DNA of 63,979 nt, filler included, from Basidiobolus ranarum (Eukaryota), in assembly GCA_040143965.1 (NCBI GenBank). It is 53 parts of 53 records of this genome, joined end to end, with 100 filler letters (N's around TTAATTAATTAA, not from the genome) between each part and the next. Parts side by side here need not be neighbours in the genome. Positions count along the whole stretch, not along the records: positions 12,135 to 13,247 come from JASJQH010013251.1; positions 13,348 to 14,459 come from JASJQH010013252.1; positions 14,560 to 15,671 come from JASJQH010013253.1; positions 15,772 to 16,883 come from JASJQH010013254.1; positions 16,984 to 18,095 come from JASJQH010013255.1; positions 18,196 to 19,307 come from JASJQH010013256.1; positions 19,408 to 20,519 come from JASJQH010013257.1; positions 20,620 to 21,730 come from JASJQH010013258.1; 45 more parts are not named here. One strand, given 5' to 3'. Numbering within the stretch: the stretch's first letter is position 1; each line of letters starts with the position of its first letter. Positions 12,439 to 24,252 of the stretch are shown here, in pieces. The notes under the pieces were generated by a model. It saw only the letters and a program-made list of their open reading frames with translations. It searched no databases and was not told where the DNA came from. The position numbers and the translations under genes are program-made.

Positions 12439-13247
12439 TGTTGGATAATCAATCTTCATTCAACATCATAGTTAACTTTAGTTATGATACATATATCAGG
12501 AACAGAAAGCAATGTATCTATAGCCCCTATATTCTAAATAGGATTATCTCTATATCTATATAACAAATATGTCATATTACTCCCACTTATCTATTATATC
12601 TAATTATACACACTCCTGAATATCTCAAACAATTGATTTACTTTTCTACTATCTAAGTCACCATATACTCTTACAAATAAAGTTACTAAAAACACACTAT
12701 CATAAGTTGCTTCTATTATACAAAGTCTATCACCATTATGTCAAGATCCTCAAACATGGTAGCAATGAGTGAATAAGAGTTTTCCTCCCAAAAGGAGATT
12801 ACTAAGATTTCAACATTCAACAGGGAAGATTTCCATGAATGGAAATTCAAGATGCCACTTGTGCTTGAAGAGAAACATGTCTGGGAAGTAGTTTAACTAC
12901 ATGAAGAAGAAGAAACTTCTGAAGAAGAAAGTACTGATTCTGACACTGAAACAAAGAAGCCAACACATAAAGAAGCTAGGGCAACCTGCAAAGAAAAAGA
13001 CAGATTGGCATTTAGAGAAATATGTCTAAGACTGGAATCACAATAACTTATGCTAGTCAGAGATGCTGACTCTGCCAAGAATGCATGGGAAATCCTAGTG
13101 GAACATCATGAGTAAAAAGGGCTTGCTCACTTGATGATGCTATGAAGAAAAAATCTTAGACTCTTGTATGTCTGAGGATTCAGATATTATAGATAAATCA
13201 CAAAAAGGCAGCACTTGGGTATATGCTTACAATAACTTACAGCATAG
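12439..13247 (+). mobile_element. Complete LTR-B (12439-12756), PBS and copia gag
   Basis: TG...CA 318-bp LTR; PBS TGGTAGCAA; gag STFNREDFHEWKFKM.LVLEEK.VWEVV with stops. Confidence 0.88.
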
Positions 13248-13347
13248 NNNNNNNNNNNNNNNNNNNNNNNNNNNNNNNNNNNNNNNNNNNNTTAATTAAT
13301 TAANNNNNNNNNNNNNNNNNNNNNNNNNNNNNNNNNNNNNNNNNNNN

Positions 13348-13596
13348 TAAGTGATATTTGACTAAGTAATGTTAACTAACTTATATGTGATATATGAAAT
13401 AGTTAGGTGTATAAAGATAGAGATAATAAATATGATAAAGACAATAAACTTCAACATATATCAGCAATCATGTCTTCTGTAGAACAATAAGTTAAGTTAA
13501 TAAACTTATTCTCTATAGTCTCTCTGATGAAGTGATGCTTAATATCTATGTGTTTGCTTCCGTTATGGAACATGGGATTTTTAGCTAATTCAATAC
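13348..13596 (-). mobile_element. LTR-C end (to 13456) and copia RNase H fragment
   Basis: RNase H sequence homologous to 11700-11845. Confidence 0.8.
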
Positions 13597-14459
13597 TGTT
13601 GAAATTAGCTTTGCCTAAACACCTATTTACTCATATATAGCTTAGTACTTAGTTCTCTTATAGTTCTCTAATATATTATCCATTATTGTCAACTGGAATT
13701 TACTTGGAATATTTTTTCCAACTTAAATGTTCTCAGATATATAGATTTTTCAAACCTGTGCTAGAAGCCCCAAGCTTTGCACACGTGTTCCTGGGATCTT
13801 CCTTAACACATTCTACACATTTAGTTTTTTACATCTTAACAAAACTATAAATGTCAACTTTCTACTTAATAAATCAATAAGTGAAAACCCCAAATTGCTC
13901 TAATTCTCCAAGCCACTTCTAACAGCCTCCCAAATACTTTAGCAGTTTATGAGCTCCAAGCTTGCACTCTCTGTAATATCTATTTCCCAAATTTATGGAA
14001 CTTTTCCCCCTTCTGAAAAATTGGATGGAACCAACTATCAAGTTTGGAAAATCAAAATGAAAATGCTGCTGCAAGATAAAAGACATTGGCCCATTGTTGT
14101 AGGAGAAGAAAACAATGCAAAACTATCTGAAACCAAAATTTCACTCCAAGATAAAAAAGAACAAAGTGCCTTAAGCACAATTTGTCTTAATATTAAAGAC
14201 AAATTGCTAATTCAATGTTCAAGAGCTAAAACTGCAAAGAAGGTATAGAAAGCCTTGGAAGACACTTACCAACCAAGTTCTGCAGCCAACAAGATGTTTC
14301 TAAGAAGACAATTCTTTAACTTAAAGATGAAGCCAGAAGAAGACATTGAATCACTAATTAATAGAGTCACTATTTTAGTGGATGAAATGGAATGCATTGG
14401 AGTACCTACCACTGATCAAGATATCATAGTTACAGTCCTGAATAGCCTGCCACACAAGT
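13597..14459 (+). mobile_element. 5' LTR-A (13597-13944), PBS and copia gag
   Basis: 348-bp TG..CA LTR; PBS GTTTATGAGCTC; gag EKLDGTNYQVWKIKMKMLL. Confidence 0.92.
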
Positions 14460-14559
14460 NNNNNNNNNNNNNNNNNNNNNNNNNNNNNNNNNNNNNNNNN
14501 NNNTTAATTAATTAANNNNNNNNNNNNNNNNNNNNNNNNNNNNNNNNNNNNNNNNNNNN

Positions 14560-14670
14560 AGCAAGCGTGACTACAGTGGAGATGGTACTTACTTCACTCC
14601 TGATCGGGATGCGTGCTCGAAGCGAGGCGATACCTCCAGTGAGAACGATATGATTGCTGCCCTTAGTAAG
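14560..14670 (+). pseudogene. RlpA-like double-psi beta-barrel (expansin/loosenin-like) protein fragment abutting an LTR
   Basis: SKRDYSGDGTYFTPDRDACSKRGDTSSENDMIAAL resembles the GDGTY..PGLGAC....D.I.AL motif; followed by GTAAG and LTR-B sequence. Confidence 0.7.
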
Positions 14671-15671
14671 ATATCAGAAACAGAAAGCAACATATCTCTA
14701 GCCTCTATATTCCAAATAGGAATATCTCTATATCTATATAACAAGTATGTCTTATTACCCCCACTTATATATTATATCTTATTACACAAACTCCTGAATA
14801 TCTCAAACAATGGATGTAGTTTTCTACTATATCAGTCACCATATACTCGTAAGAATAAAGTAACTAAAAGACACTCTCATAAGTTGCTTCTAATACACAA
14901 AGTCTACCCTCATTATATCAAGATCCCCCAACAGTATGCAATCATAAGTAAAAACTATGAAGTTGCTCAACAGGCTATGACAAGCAATAATGCTGCAATA
15001 TTGCATTTAATAGAGCATTTTCAAGCAACTAGTCAACAGTCAGTGAGTCACTCAACAATGATACAAGACATTCAGAATGCTGTACTTGAGCTGCAGCAAC
15101 ATGCTGCTGCCTCCATCCATTCTCATATGGGATTTCAATCAATCCCACACCATATATATGAATGTCACTGTGACAAGCTAGCAGAGCAGAATTTGTGTTG
15201 GACCATTAAGCATAAACAATGACCCAAAATTGCTTGGGCACAGGAAAGTAGAAATCTCATAAGAAACCTGGCAAACCAGAAGACTCTGAATGTCAGAGCT
15301 GCTGTCACTTGCTTGGATGATGAGTGGTTTAAGATTTTGGAAACTGAGTGGAATCTTGCCCAAAGTCACCTGGATTTGAGCCAATTGTGGAAAAACCAAA
15401 AACCAGGTGTTACTCTCAAGGTTCTTAACTTATTTCATGTGGCTTATCCTGGGTTTTTGCAAGAAAATGGCAATTGGGCTAGATAGGCCTATTGATGAAA
15501 CATCTCAAAAATGTATGCAATCATTGACTTGGAACAGAAAGAAAAGCAGCTAAAGATGTACTGAAGGAGCAGGAAGTTAGTAAACTCTAGGGAAAAGCAT
15601 GGGAGCCAGTGAGTTTAGGCTCTACTGTCCCACTTACTGAATTCTTCACATCATTACAAAGATCTGCATTT
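14671..15671 (+). mobile_element. LTR-B 3' part (to 14933) joined to a CMC ORF A fragment
   Basis: LTR ends ...GATCCCCCAACA, then YAIISKNYEVA.. of ORF A. Confidence 0.8.
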
Positions 15672-15771
15672 NNNNNNNNNNNNNNNNNNNNNNNNNNNNN
15701 NNNNNNNNNNNNNNNTTAATTAATTAANNNNNNNNNNNNNNNNNNNNNNNNNNNNNNNNNNNNNNNNNNNN

Positions 15772-15906
15772 GCAAACACCGGTATATTCAATCTTGACAA
15801 GAACATCATCAGGACCTGGAGTTGGGACGGAGATAGTCTTAATCTCAACTGGTTTCTCGTGAGATTCAATGACAGCAGCTTTTTGTGTCTTAGGGATTTG
15901 GCACAT
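15772..15906 (-). CDS. Zn-dependent alcohol dehydrogenase, N-terminus (partial)
   Basis: MCQIPKTQKAAV....K.I.VP.PGPDDVLVKIEYTGVC; TATA-like TATATATAAT about 45 bp upstream. Confidence 0.92.
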
Positions 15907-16711
15907 AGTGTAGATGTTTTAATGAGGTATTCGACCACAAGGTATGTATTATATATACTTTAGAATTACAATTAGCGACTCATGGTTATTCAGTTTTTCC
16001 AATCTTTTCAAGTCTTGATCTGGTAAAATATACCCTTACCAAGTAGTAGCTCAAAGATTGAATCTAGTTTTCAAATTCCATTCAAATAAACCCAGCTTGG
16101 CAATTGTTGAAATAGCTAAAAAGTCGATTCTAGCTGGACCTTCTGTCATGAATCAACCATAGCATGTGTCTACATTGTTAATCCGATCAAATTGCGAACA
16201 GATGAATAAACACTAAGAACCAGGCTTCAAAATTTCAATCTGCAACTATTACTGAGCGAATTGGATCTGGCACTAGTGCAGATCAGTAGGCTGCCCTTAT
16301 CTTTCTTTATTGCATCATTTGTTTACAATCAATAGCTTAATATGGAAGGTACAAATGCGTTCGAATATGGACCATTTCCGAATGCGGGGTCACATAGAGT
16401 TAAAAATTCTAGATTGAAAAACCTATTGTATGTTAGATATATTAGGAAATACCGATTGCACATGAGAGTGTATGTACCCACCATTTTGGGTCAACCTAAA
16501 TTAGATCAACCAAACGAACAGATTTAGAATTTCCAAATTTGAACTTTATTGTAATCCTGAATTGTGTTAGCAATAAATCTGCATGCGCAACTTAACATAT
16601 TACGAAATTATGATAGTAATTTTAAAATTCATTGTTTTCCAAACAAATGGGTTGTAAATTATGGTACTGTATTTATTAGATTAAGTTTATACATATTGCT
16701 CGTTGTAAAGT

Positions 16712-16882
16712 TTAATGGTTGTGCATATCGAGAACGATACGTCCAGCAATCTTACCAGCGTGCATATCTTCATAGACTTGAGGAATAGTCTCCATATCTT
16801 GAACCTTGTAGTGACACTTGACCTTACCACGAGCAGCAAAGTCAAGGGCCTCAGCAAGATCTTGACGGTTACCAACAATCGA
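16712..16882 (-). CDS. Zn-dependent alcohol dehydrogenase, C-terminus (second copy, absent from ORF track)
   Basis: Manual translation SIVGNRQDLAEALDFAARGKVKCHYKVQDMETIPQVYEDMHAGKIAGRIVLDMHNH*. Confidence 0.92.
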   Translation of the reverse strand, partial: SIVGNRQDLAEALDFAARGKVKCHYKVQDMETIPQVYEDMHAGKIAGRIVLDMHNH

Positions 16883-16983
16883 ANNNNNNNNNNNNNNNNN
16901 NNNNNNNNNNNNNNNNNNNNNNNNNNNTTAATTAATTAANNNNNNNNNNNNNNNNNNNNNNNNNNNNNNNNNNNNNNNNNNNN

Positions 16984-17300
16984 TTGTGGAGCTCCTGGAC
17001 ATGTAGCAAGAACCTGTCCAAAGAAGAATCCTGGATTTAAGATCAACAATATGCAGGTACAAGAGAACTCTTCCCAACCATTGGAAAACTTCAATGCCCA
17101 GCTGCAATAATGGGCATGCAGTTGGGCAAACCATCCTCAAGAATGTTTCTTCACCATACATCGCAATCTCTGCAGTCATAAGAATCATTAAAGCTGCCCA
17201 TTACACTCCTGCTACCAATCTATATAACAGTATTATGATGGCATTGCACCCTTTTTCTTATGGTAACTCTACTTGTCTTCTTTTCCAGCCATTTTGTTAA
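16984..17300 (+). mobile_element. Ty3/gypsy gag zinc knuckle and downstream region, degraded
   Basis: CGAPGHVARTCPKKNPGFK; homologous to 52900-53110 on the minus strand. Confidence 0.7.
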
Positions 17301-17592
17301 AGTATTGCTTCCCCTATATTGGTGTTATCTCTGATTTTCCTATGGTATTCATACCCATATCTCTCATAGAGCTATGTGCATATGAAGAGACAAAATACAT
17401 CAAGATTCTTGTATATTTGGATTCTCATTATGGTGGGAATACAATGCCCAAATATCTAAATAAAGGCATGCATATTAATTCAAACTCCTATAGCAGTAAG
17501 CCAAGTAATTTGCGATTTGAAAATTAATTTTTCCCAAAAATTGTGAGGAATTAAAAAATACTGGCCAAATATGAGGACCAAGATTTCACAAT

Positions 17593-17774
17593 GGACTTGT
17601 TCTCTGTGATAGTGCCAGATTGTGCTGTATATATCATATCGGATAAAGTATTCTAAAATTTATGTGGCACAATTTGGAACTATCCATCACCCTCTGGCAT
17701 GCTCAATTTCAATCACATGTATTCTAATATATTGATTCACGGTCTGATAAATCCTGGCACAATGGAACAAGTCC
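17593..17774 (+). mobile_element. 182-bp MITE with GGACTTGTTC TIRs and AAT target duplication
   Basis: AAT|GGACTTGTTC...GAACAAGTCC|AAT, inserted in a diverged CMC subterminal region. Confidence 0.88.
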
Positions 17775-18195
17775 AATGTATGGTCACTGTGATAATGCCA
17801 ATAGGAAGCTACTGTCTCACCATCAAGATATCTTGAAGAATACAAGTCATCAATATTGTGATGGCTCTCTGACAGTTTTGTGCTCCACAGGAGTAAACCA
17901 AATCAGATGATTTCAATTTTATTTTTCATGAGGCATCATTCATACATATTGTCATGATTCTGATCTTGGCATATTGATCCACTGCATATGGAACTCTTCT
18001 ATTATTAGATTATGACATCCTATCTACTGTGCCATCCCTTCTTGGCAATCTGGTGGCAGTTCAGCCAGATAACCTTATATGAAAGTCATGATCTTNNNNN
18101 NNNNNNNNNNNNNNNNNNNNNNNNNNNNNNNNNNNNNNNTTAATTAATTAANNNNNNNNNNNNNNNNNNNNNNNNNNNNNNNNNNNNNNNNNNNN

Positions 18196-18480
18196 GCTGT
18201 ATCTGCCTGAGATCTGCCAATGTGAGTTGATGCCATAAGAATACATTAACAATATCCACAAACAACTCCCAATGTTGCCAATACTCATCAGGTAGAAATC
18301 CTTTCAAAATTTCACTTGAATATATACAAATCCAATACTTCCAGTGTTTGCATTTGAAAAAACACCCAGATAAGTGGATATTGATGGGAGTCCTGGTAAA
18401 ATACAATGGTCTCTTGATGTTATCCAGCATTTTCCCAATTGATTCAAACTTTGATCCTATCTTGAATATCTCATTCATAT
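18196..18480 (-). mobile_element. CMC transposase fragment
   Basis: FKCKHWKYWICIYS..LPDEYWQHWELFVD. Confidence 0.85.
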
Positions 18481-18899
18481 TGGATTTTTCACATAATGAA
18501 TATGATAAAGACAATAAACTTCAACAATAGTCAGCTATTTGCCAAGTGTCAGTGCTATTCAAAACATCAGATGTTTAGCAATTTTTACACCATTAGTTTG
18601 CTGGTAAAGCATATTGATGTAGCTGAGTTATGTCTAATCAGTCAAGTATGTGCATATGTAGAGACTAAACAAAACAAAATTCTTGTAATTTTTGATTCTC
18701 ATTATGGTGAGAATACAAAGCCTAAAATATCTTAATAAAGGCATGCATATTAATTTGAGTTCCTGCAGCAGTAAACCTAGTAATTTGCCATTCTAAAATT
18801 ATATTTTTGCAAAATTTGCTAAATATTGAATAAAGCATGCCAAATTTGAGGATTAATATTTTAACATGTATGTATATGATCATAATACCATCAAGAAAC

Positions 18900-19277
18900 T
18901 ATTGGGAAAATCTGGGCTCTTTGGAGGAACTTTAGAAAAGCGGAGTTGTTAATAGCGTTGTGAGATAATTGTTTATTGTCCAGAAATAAAGCATTTATAC
19001 ATTTTGGTGGAAATACAGAAAACTGACACTGGGGTCGTGTGCAGAACATCTGTGGGAGTAAAATGAGCTATCTTTTGGGCACTTTGGACAAGTTTGACAT
19101 TTCCAATATGGAATTGCTAATTCTCACATTTCTCACATATATGCATAATGTATGTTCCGGTTTGCAGCTAAGTGATATTTGACTGAGTAATGTTTGCTAA
19201 CTTATAAGTGATATATGAAACATTTAGGTGTACAAAGATAGAGATAACAAATATGATAAAGACAATAAACTTCAATA
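18900..19277 (-). repeat. Full-length LTR-C (378 bp)
   Basis: Both ends present (TATTGAAG...CCCAATA, decayed TG..CA); no matching TSD visible. Confidence 0.75.
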
Positions 19278-19619
19278 ATCTGCATCACTAAACCCAATTA
19301 GATCCTTNNNNNNNNNNNNNNNNNNNNNNNNNNNNNNNNNNNNNNNNNNNNTTAATTAATTAANNNNNNNNNNNNNNNNNNNNNNNNNNNNNNNNNNNNN
19401 NNNNNNNTAGGCAGATGACTCAGAGGTTAATACTGATTGGATAATGATCATGTGATAGGTCATATGATCTGATAGAAGGGATAAGCAAATAGATCGTTAG
19501 TCAGGTGATAGGTCACATAATAAAGTCACTGGATAAGGTCAGGTGACAAATTAGCGATAATGATAAACTAAACAGATATTCATGCAAGTTGTATAGATAT
19601 GGCATAAGTTAAACAACTT

Positions 19620-20519
19620 TGTATGTTGGTGCACAACAGTATCTAGACTTTTGGCAGAGTCACCAAAACTTTGAGGCAACAAATAGTCAGTGGACTCAGT
19701 GGGCAAAACTAAGGCCAATTTGTGCACTTATTACTGTTGATATTCACCAGGCTTTGTGCAGCTGGTGGCTTTGTACAATGACTATGCTTGTGATTCTTTT
19801 CTCTATGAAGCCTCTGGCTTTCATAGCACAAGAGTTTGTGACAATTATAGCACGGCTTCTTTGTACATATGTGTTGTGGCATCAGAAGGATATTATAGAA
19901 AAAAGAACACCTCCTATGTAAGACTGTAAATTTTGGTATAGCCCATCAATATCATCAACTGATTCTGAGACAGTGACACAGATGAGTTGTCAGGGGATTT
20001 ACAAGATATTTCTGGTAATGAATGGAAATCTTGATTTATAAAAAGCTGTTTCCAAGCAATTTCATTGAACCCAGTTTGCCATCTGAAAGTTTCAATGCCA
20101 TTCAAAAAGCATTAAAAATATAAATCAAAATTGCCTTTTAAGCCAAAGCCTGCTGGCACAAAAGAAAAAACCAGCAAGAATAGAGGAATTAATTGATAAG
20201 CAGTCTAGCAATTGACTATCCACTTTGGAAGGCATTAACATGCTAAAAACTAACTCAAGTAATGATGAAGCATTAGTCAATTTACCAGATGTGTTCCTTT
20301 CCAGTGATATTGCAAGTCAAGAGATTGTAATCCCCAAATAACTTAGTAAATCAACAGTGTAGCTATGTTCAACTCAAACACTTTCAAGAACATTAACTTC
20401 CAAAATGGCTACTTTGCTTACTATTGAACAACCCTCTGTGGAAAATATGGATCAAACAGTTACAACAAGGGAATTGCAGGCAGAACATTGTAATGATTTG
20501 AGTATGATCATAAGTAAAA
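19620..20519. mobile_element. CMC head-to-head junction: transposase start (-) and ORF A (+), degraded
   Basis: Homologous to 39972-41079. Confidence 0.75.
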
Positions 20520-20619
20520 NNNNNNNNNNNNNNNNNNNNNNNNNNNNNNNNNNNNNNNNNNNNTTAATTAATTAANNNNNNNNNNNNNNNNNNNNNNNNN
20601 NNNNNNNNNNNNNNNNNNN

Positions 20620-21259
20620 TGAGTTAGTTTCTGGCATAATGATGCCATCCAAAGTGGATAGTGGATTGCTAGACTGCTCATCAACTAAGTCCTCTGTTCT
20701 TGCTGGTTCTTTTTCTTTTGTGCCATCAGGCTTTTGCTTGGAAGCCTATTTTGATATACATCTTGAATACTTTTTGAATGGCTTTGATATTTGTGGATGC
20801 TGAACTGGGTGTAATGAAATTTCTTAGAAACAGCTTATAATAAACAAAATTGTCATTTATTACCAAATATATCTTGTAAATACCTTGATATATCACCTAG
20901 GACAATCTCTCTAAATTAGGTGATGTTGTTGATGAGATCCACCTAAAATACAATCCTTTAATAGGAGGTGTTCTTTTTTTACAAAATCCTTCTCATACTG
21001 CAACACAAACATTTACACAAACCCTGATATTATTGTCAAAAATACTTGTGCTGTGACAGCCAGAGGCTTCATCAAAAAAATAATCACAAGCATGGTCACT
21101 GTACAAAGCCACCAGCTGCTCAAAGCCTGGTGATTAACAACGGAAAGAAGTGCACAAGGTTGATTTTAGTTTTGCTCACTGAGTTCACTGGCTGTGCTTT
21201 GCCTCAAAATTTTGCCAACACTGCTGAAAGTCAAGATACCATGTAGTTACAACAGTTAT
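20620..21259. mobile_element. CMC head-to-head junction: ORF A (-) and transposase start (+)
   Basis: RLHQKNNHKHGHCTKPPAAQSL on +; ORF A N-terminus on -. Confidence 0.75.
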
Positions 21260-21730
21260 TGTTAAAGTTGATTGTCTTTATCATATTTGTTATCTCTATC
21301 TTTATATACCTAACTATTTCATATATCACATATAAGTTAGTTCATATTACTTAGTCAAATATCACTTGGCTAAAAATCAGAACATATATTATATATATAT
21401 GTGAATAATGTGAGAATTAGCAATTCAATATTGAAAATTTCAAACTTGTCCAAATGGCCCCAAAGATAGCTTACTTTACTCCCATAGATGTTCTGAACAT
21501 AACCCCAGTGTTAGTTTTCTATATTTCCACCAAAATGTATAAATGCTTTATTTCTGGAAAATAAATGATATTTGAAGTTTATTGTCTTTGTCATATTTTT
21601 TATCTCTATCTTTATACACCTAACTATTTCATATATCACATATAAGTTAGTTAACATTACTTAGTCAAATATCACTTAGCTGAAAATTCAAACATATATT
21701 ATATGTATATGTGAATAATGTGAGCATTAG
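21260..21730 (+). repeat. LTR-C with a second LTR-C start at about 21570
   Basis: Direct repetition of the LTR-C 5' region within one contig. Confidence 0.8.
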
Positions 21731-21830
21731 NNNNNNNNNNNNNNNNNNNNNNNNNNNNNNNNNNNNNNNNNNNNTTAATTAATTAANNNNNNNNNNNNNN
21801 NNNNNNNNNNNNNNNNNNNNNNNNNNNNNN

Positions 21831-22462
21831 CTCAGTAGTGTCACACTACAAGGACGTACAAAAATAGTCAAAGTGCTTGAGGAGTATTTTCAAAAGTATG
21901 AAGGGAAAAACGCAGTGCAAGTATGCAGAAAGTGGCTTCAGAAGAAGAACATTCAGCTTGACATTCAGTCTGGTGTTGACCGTGCAGATATCTGGGAAGA
22001 ACTTAATACAGAGTGGCACAATATTGCAGGGTATCTGCCAGATAGCTGGAAGAATGTTGATTCAGCAACATTAATACAATGGTGGGCTTTGATGGAGATA
22101 TTGACACAAACTTGTGTTGGGTATGAGCTAAACCTTGGGTATGAAGAACTCTATAAAAATATTCAGGAGAATATATCAAAGAGACTAGGGATTTCAAAGG
22201 TGACAAATTAGTGTTCAAGTGGTAATTGTGTAAAATTTGAGTTACGTTTTTTGCACATGTGTTGATCCATAGTTCTCTGAGATTTTAGCCAATCATTTGC
22301 AACTATTTTGCGAGATCTTGAAATTTCACTCCTGAAACTGAAAAAATTGATTAAAATCAAATCTAACTTGACGATTTTATGACGGTAAGTAAAGGTGAAT
22401 CCCAAATGGATTAAAATTGTGATGGTTTTCCTACAATAACAATCCTCAAATTTCTGTTAGGG
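21831..22462 (+). mobile_element. CMC C-terminal ORF (21873-22211) and terminus A
   Basis: 112-aa frame ending ..KRLGISKVTN*, then about 250 bp to ...TTTCTGTTAGGG; abuts an ORF A fragment (22463-22941). Confidence 0.8.
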
Positions 22463-23041
22463 AATCATAAGTAAAAACTATAAAGTTGCTAAACAGGCCA
22501 TGACAAGCATTAATGCCACAATATTGCAATTAATGGAGCATCTAGAAGCAACTAGTCAACAGTTAGAGAGTCACTGAACAATGATACAAGACCTTCAGAA
22601 TGCTGTACTTGATTTATAGTAACATGCTGCTACCTCTGTTCATTCTCATATGGGATTTCATTCAATCCCATATCATACACAAGAACATCACCATGACAAT
22701 CAAGCAGAGCAGAATATGTGTTGGACCATTAAGCCTAGACAACAACCCAAAATTAATTGGGAACATGAAAGTAGAAATCTCATAGGAAAATTGTGAAACC
22801 AAAACACTGTGAATGTCAGAGTTGCCTTCACCTTATTTAATGATGAGTCATTTACCATTTTGGAAGCTAAAAAGAATTTTTCCCAAAATCACCTGGATTT
22901 GAGCCAATCATGGAAAAACCAAATACCAGGCATTACTCTGANNNNNNNNNNNNNNNNNNNNNNNNNNNNNNNNNNNNNNNNNNNNTTAATTAATTAANNN
23001 NNNNNNNNNNNNNNNNNNNNNNNNNNNNNNNNNNNNNNNNN

Positions 23042-24152
23042 TTGGCTTACATACTGTTGATTCCCTGTCTTAAAGTTTTGATGAAATCACCCAAATATAG
23101 ATCATTGATCCAATACCAAAGTACTCACCGTAAAGCTGATGGTATTACCAATGTACTTGAGGGATATCACTACCAGAATCTGAAAAGTCAACGTTTCTTT
23201 TAGAATACATATGATCATGCATTTGCATTGGCTCTGGATGGTTTCTCACTAAACAAATGTACCATTGGAAAGGCTTGCTGGCCAATAATTTCAATCAACT
23301 TAAATTTTCCTCCTTCTGAACGGTATAAGAGTCATAATATTTTCATACTATCCATCATATCTGGACCTAAATCACCAGTGCTTATAGATAGCTTCTGGGA
23401 GCCTTTGATTGTGGATTTTGAATGGTTATATAATGGGGTTCAGATGGGTGATTATTTTTTTAAAGCTAATATCATTTTATGTATTGGTGACACTCCTGCT
23501 ATCAGTAAACTTAGAGGATTTTGCAAGCACAATGCACTATCTTGCTGTAGATTTTGTCAAATAAACGGAGTTTACTCTAAGAGGCATACGCATTACTACT
23601 ATCCAAATACAACACTAAACTCCATGATTCTACCATCAAGAGCCTGGTCAGATTTCAACATGATCACAGATATCAATTCACCAAATAATCAGTCTAACAT
23701 CAAACTTGGGATTAGCCATAAGTCTATGATTACATTGCCAAAGGGGATCAGCAGGAGCCAGAGCTTCCCATTAGCATCATGTGCTTACTATTCAACAACA
23801 TTGCGATACTACTTTCTCAGCTATATAGTGGAAAATTCAATATGAATGAGCCATTCAAGATTGGATCAAAGTTTGAATTGATTGGGAAAATGCTTGAAAA
23901 CATTCAGATACCATCATATTTTACCAGGACTCCCATCAATATCCACTCATCTAGGCATTTATTCAAATGCAAAGACTGGAAGTATTAGATTTGTATATAT
24001 TTAAGTGGAATTTTGAAAAGATTTCTGCCTGATAAGTATTGGCAACATTGGGAGTTGTTTGTGGATATTGTTAATATATTCTTATGGCATCAACTCACAT
24101 TGGCAGATCTCAGGCAGATACAGCAACTGTGCAAAGATTTTGTAATTGGATA
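23042..24152 (+). mobile_element. CMC transposase core, degraded
   Basis: ALDGF, CWP, NLNFPPSERYK, GDTPA, CCRFC, YWQHW. Confidence 0.92.
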
Positions 24153-24252
24153 NNNNNNNNNNNNNNNNNNNNNNNNNNNNNNNNNNNNNNNNNNNNTTAA
24201 TTAATTAANNNNNNNNNNNNNNNNNNNNNNNNNNNNNNNNNNNNNNNNNNNN

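Noticed and set aside
14650..15222. 190-aa ORF
   Set aside because: Chimera of a DPBB exon tail, LTR-B and ORF A
16687..16939. Track ORFs 16687-16878 and 16715-16939
   Set aside because: Wrong frame or strand; the real frame is the ADH C-terminus
18900..19277. Solo LTR with target-site duplication
   Set aside because: The flanks (GAAAC and ATCTG) do not match, so a clean solo-LTR origin is unsupported
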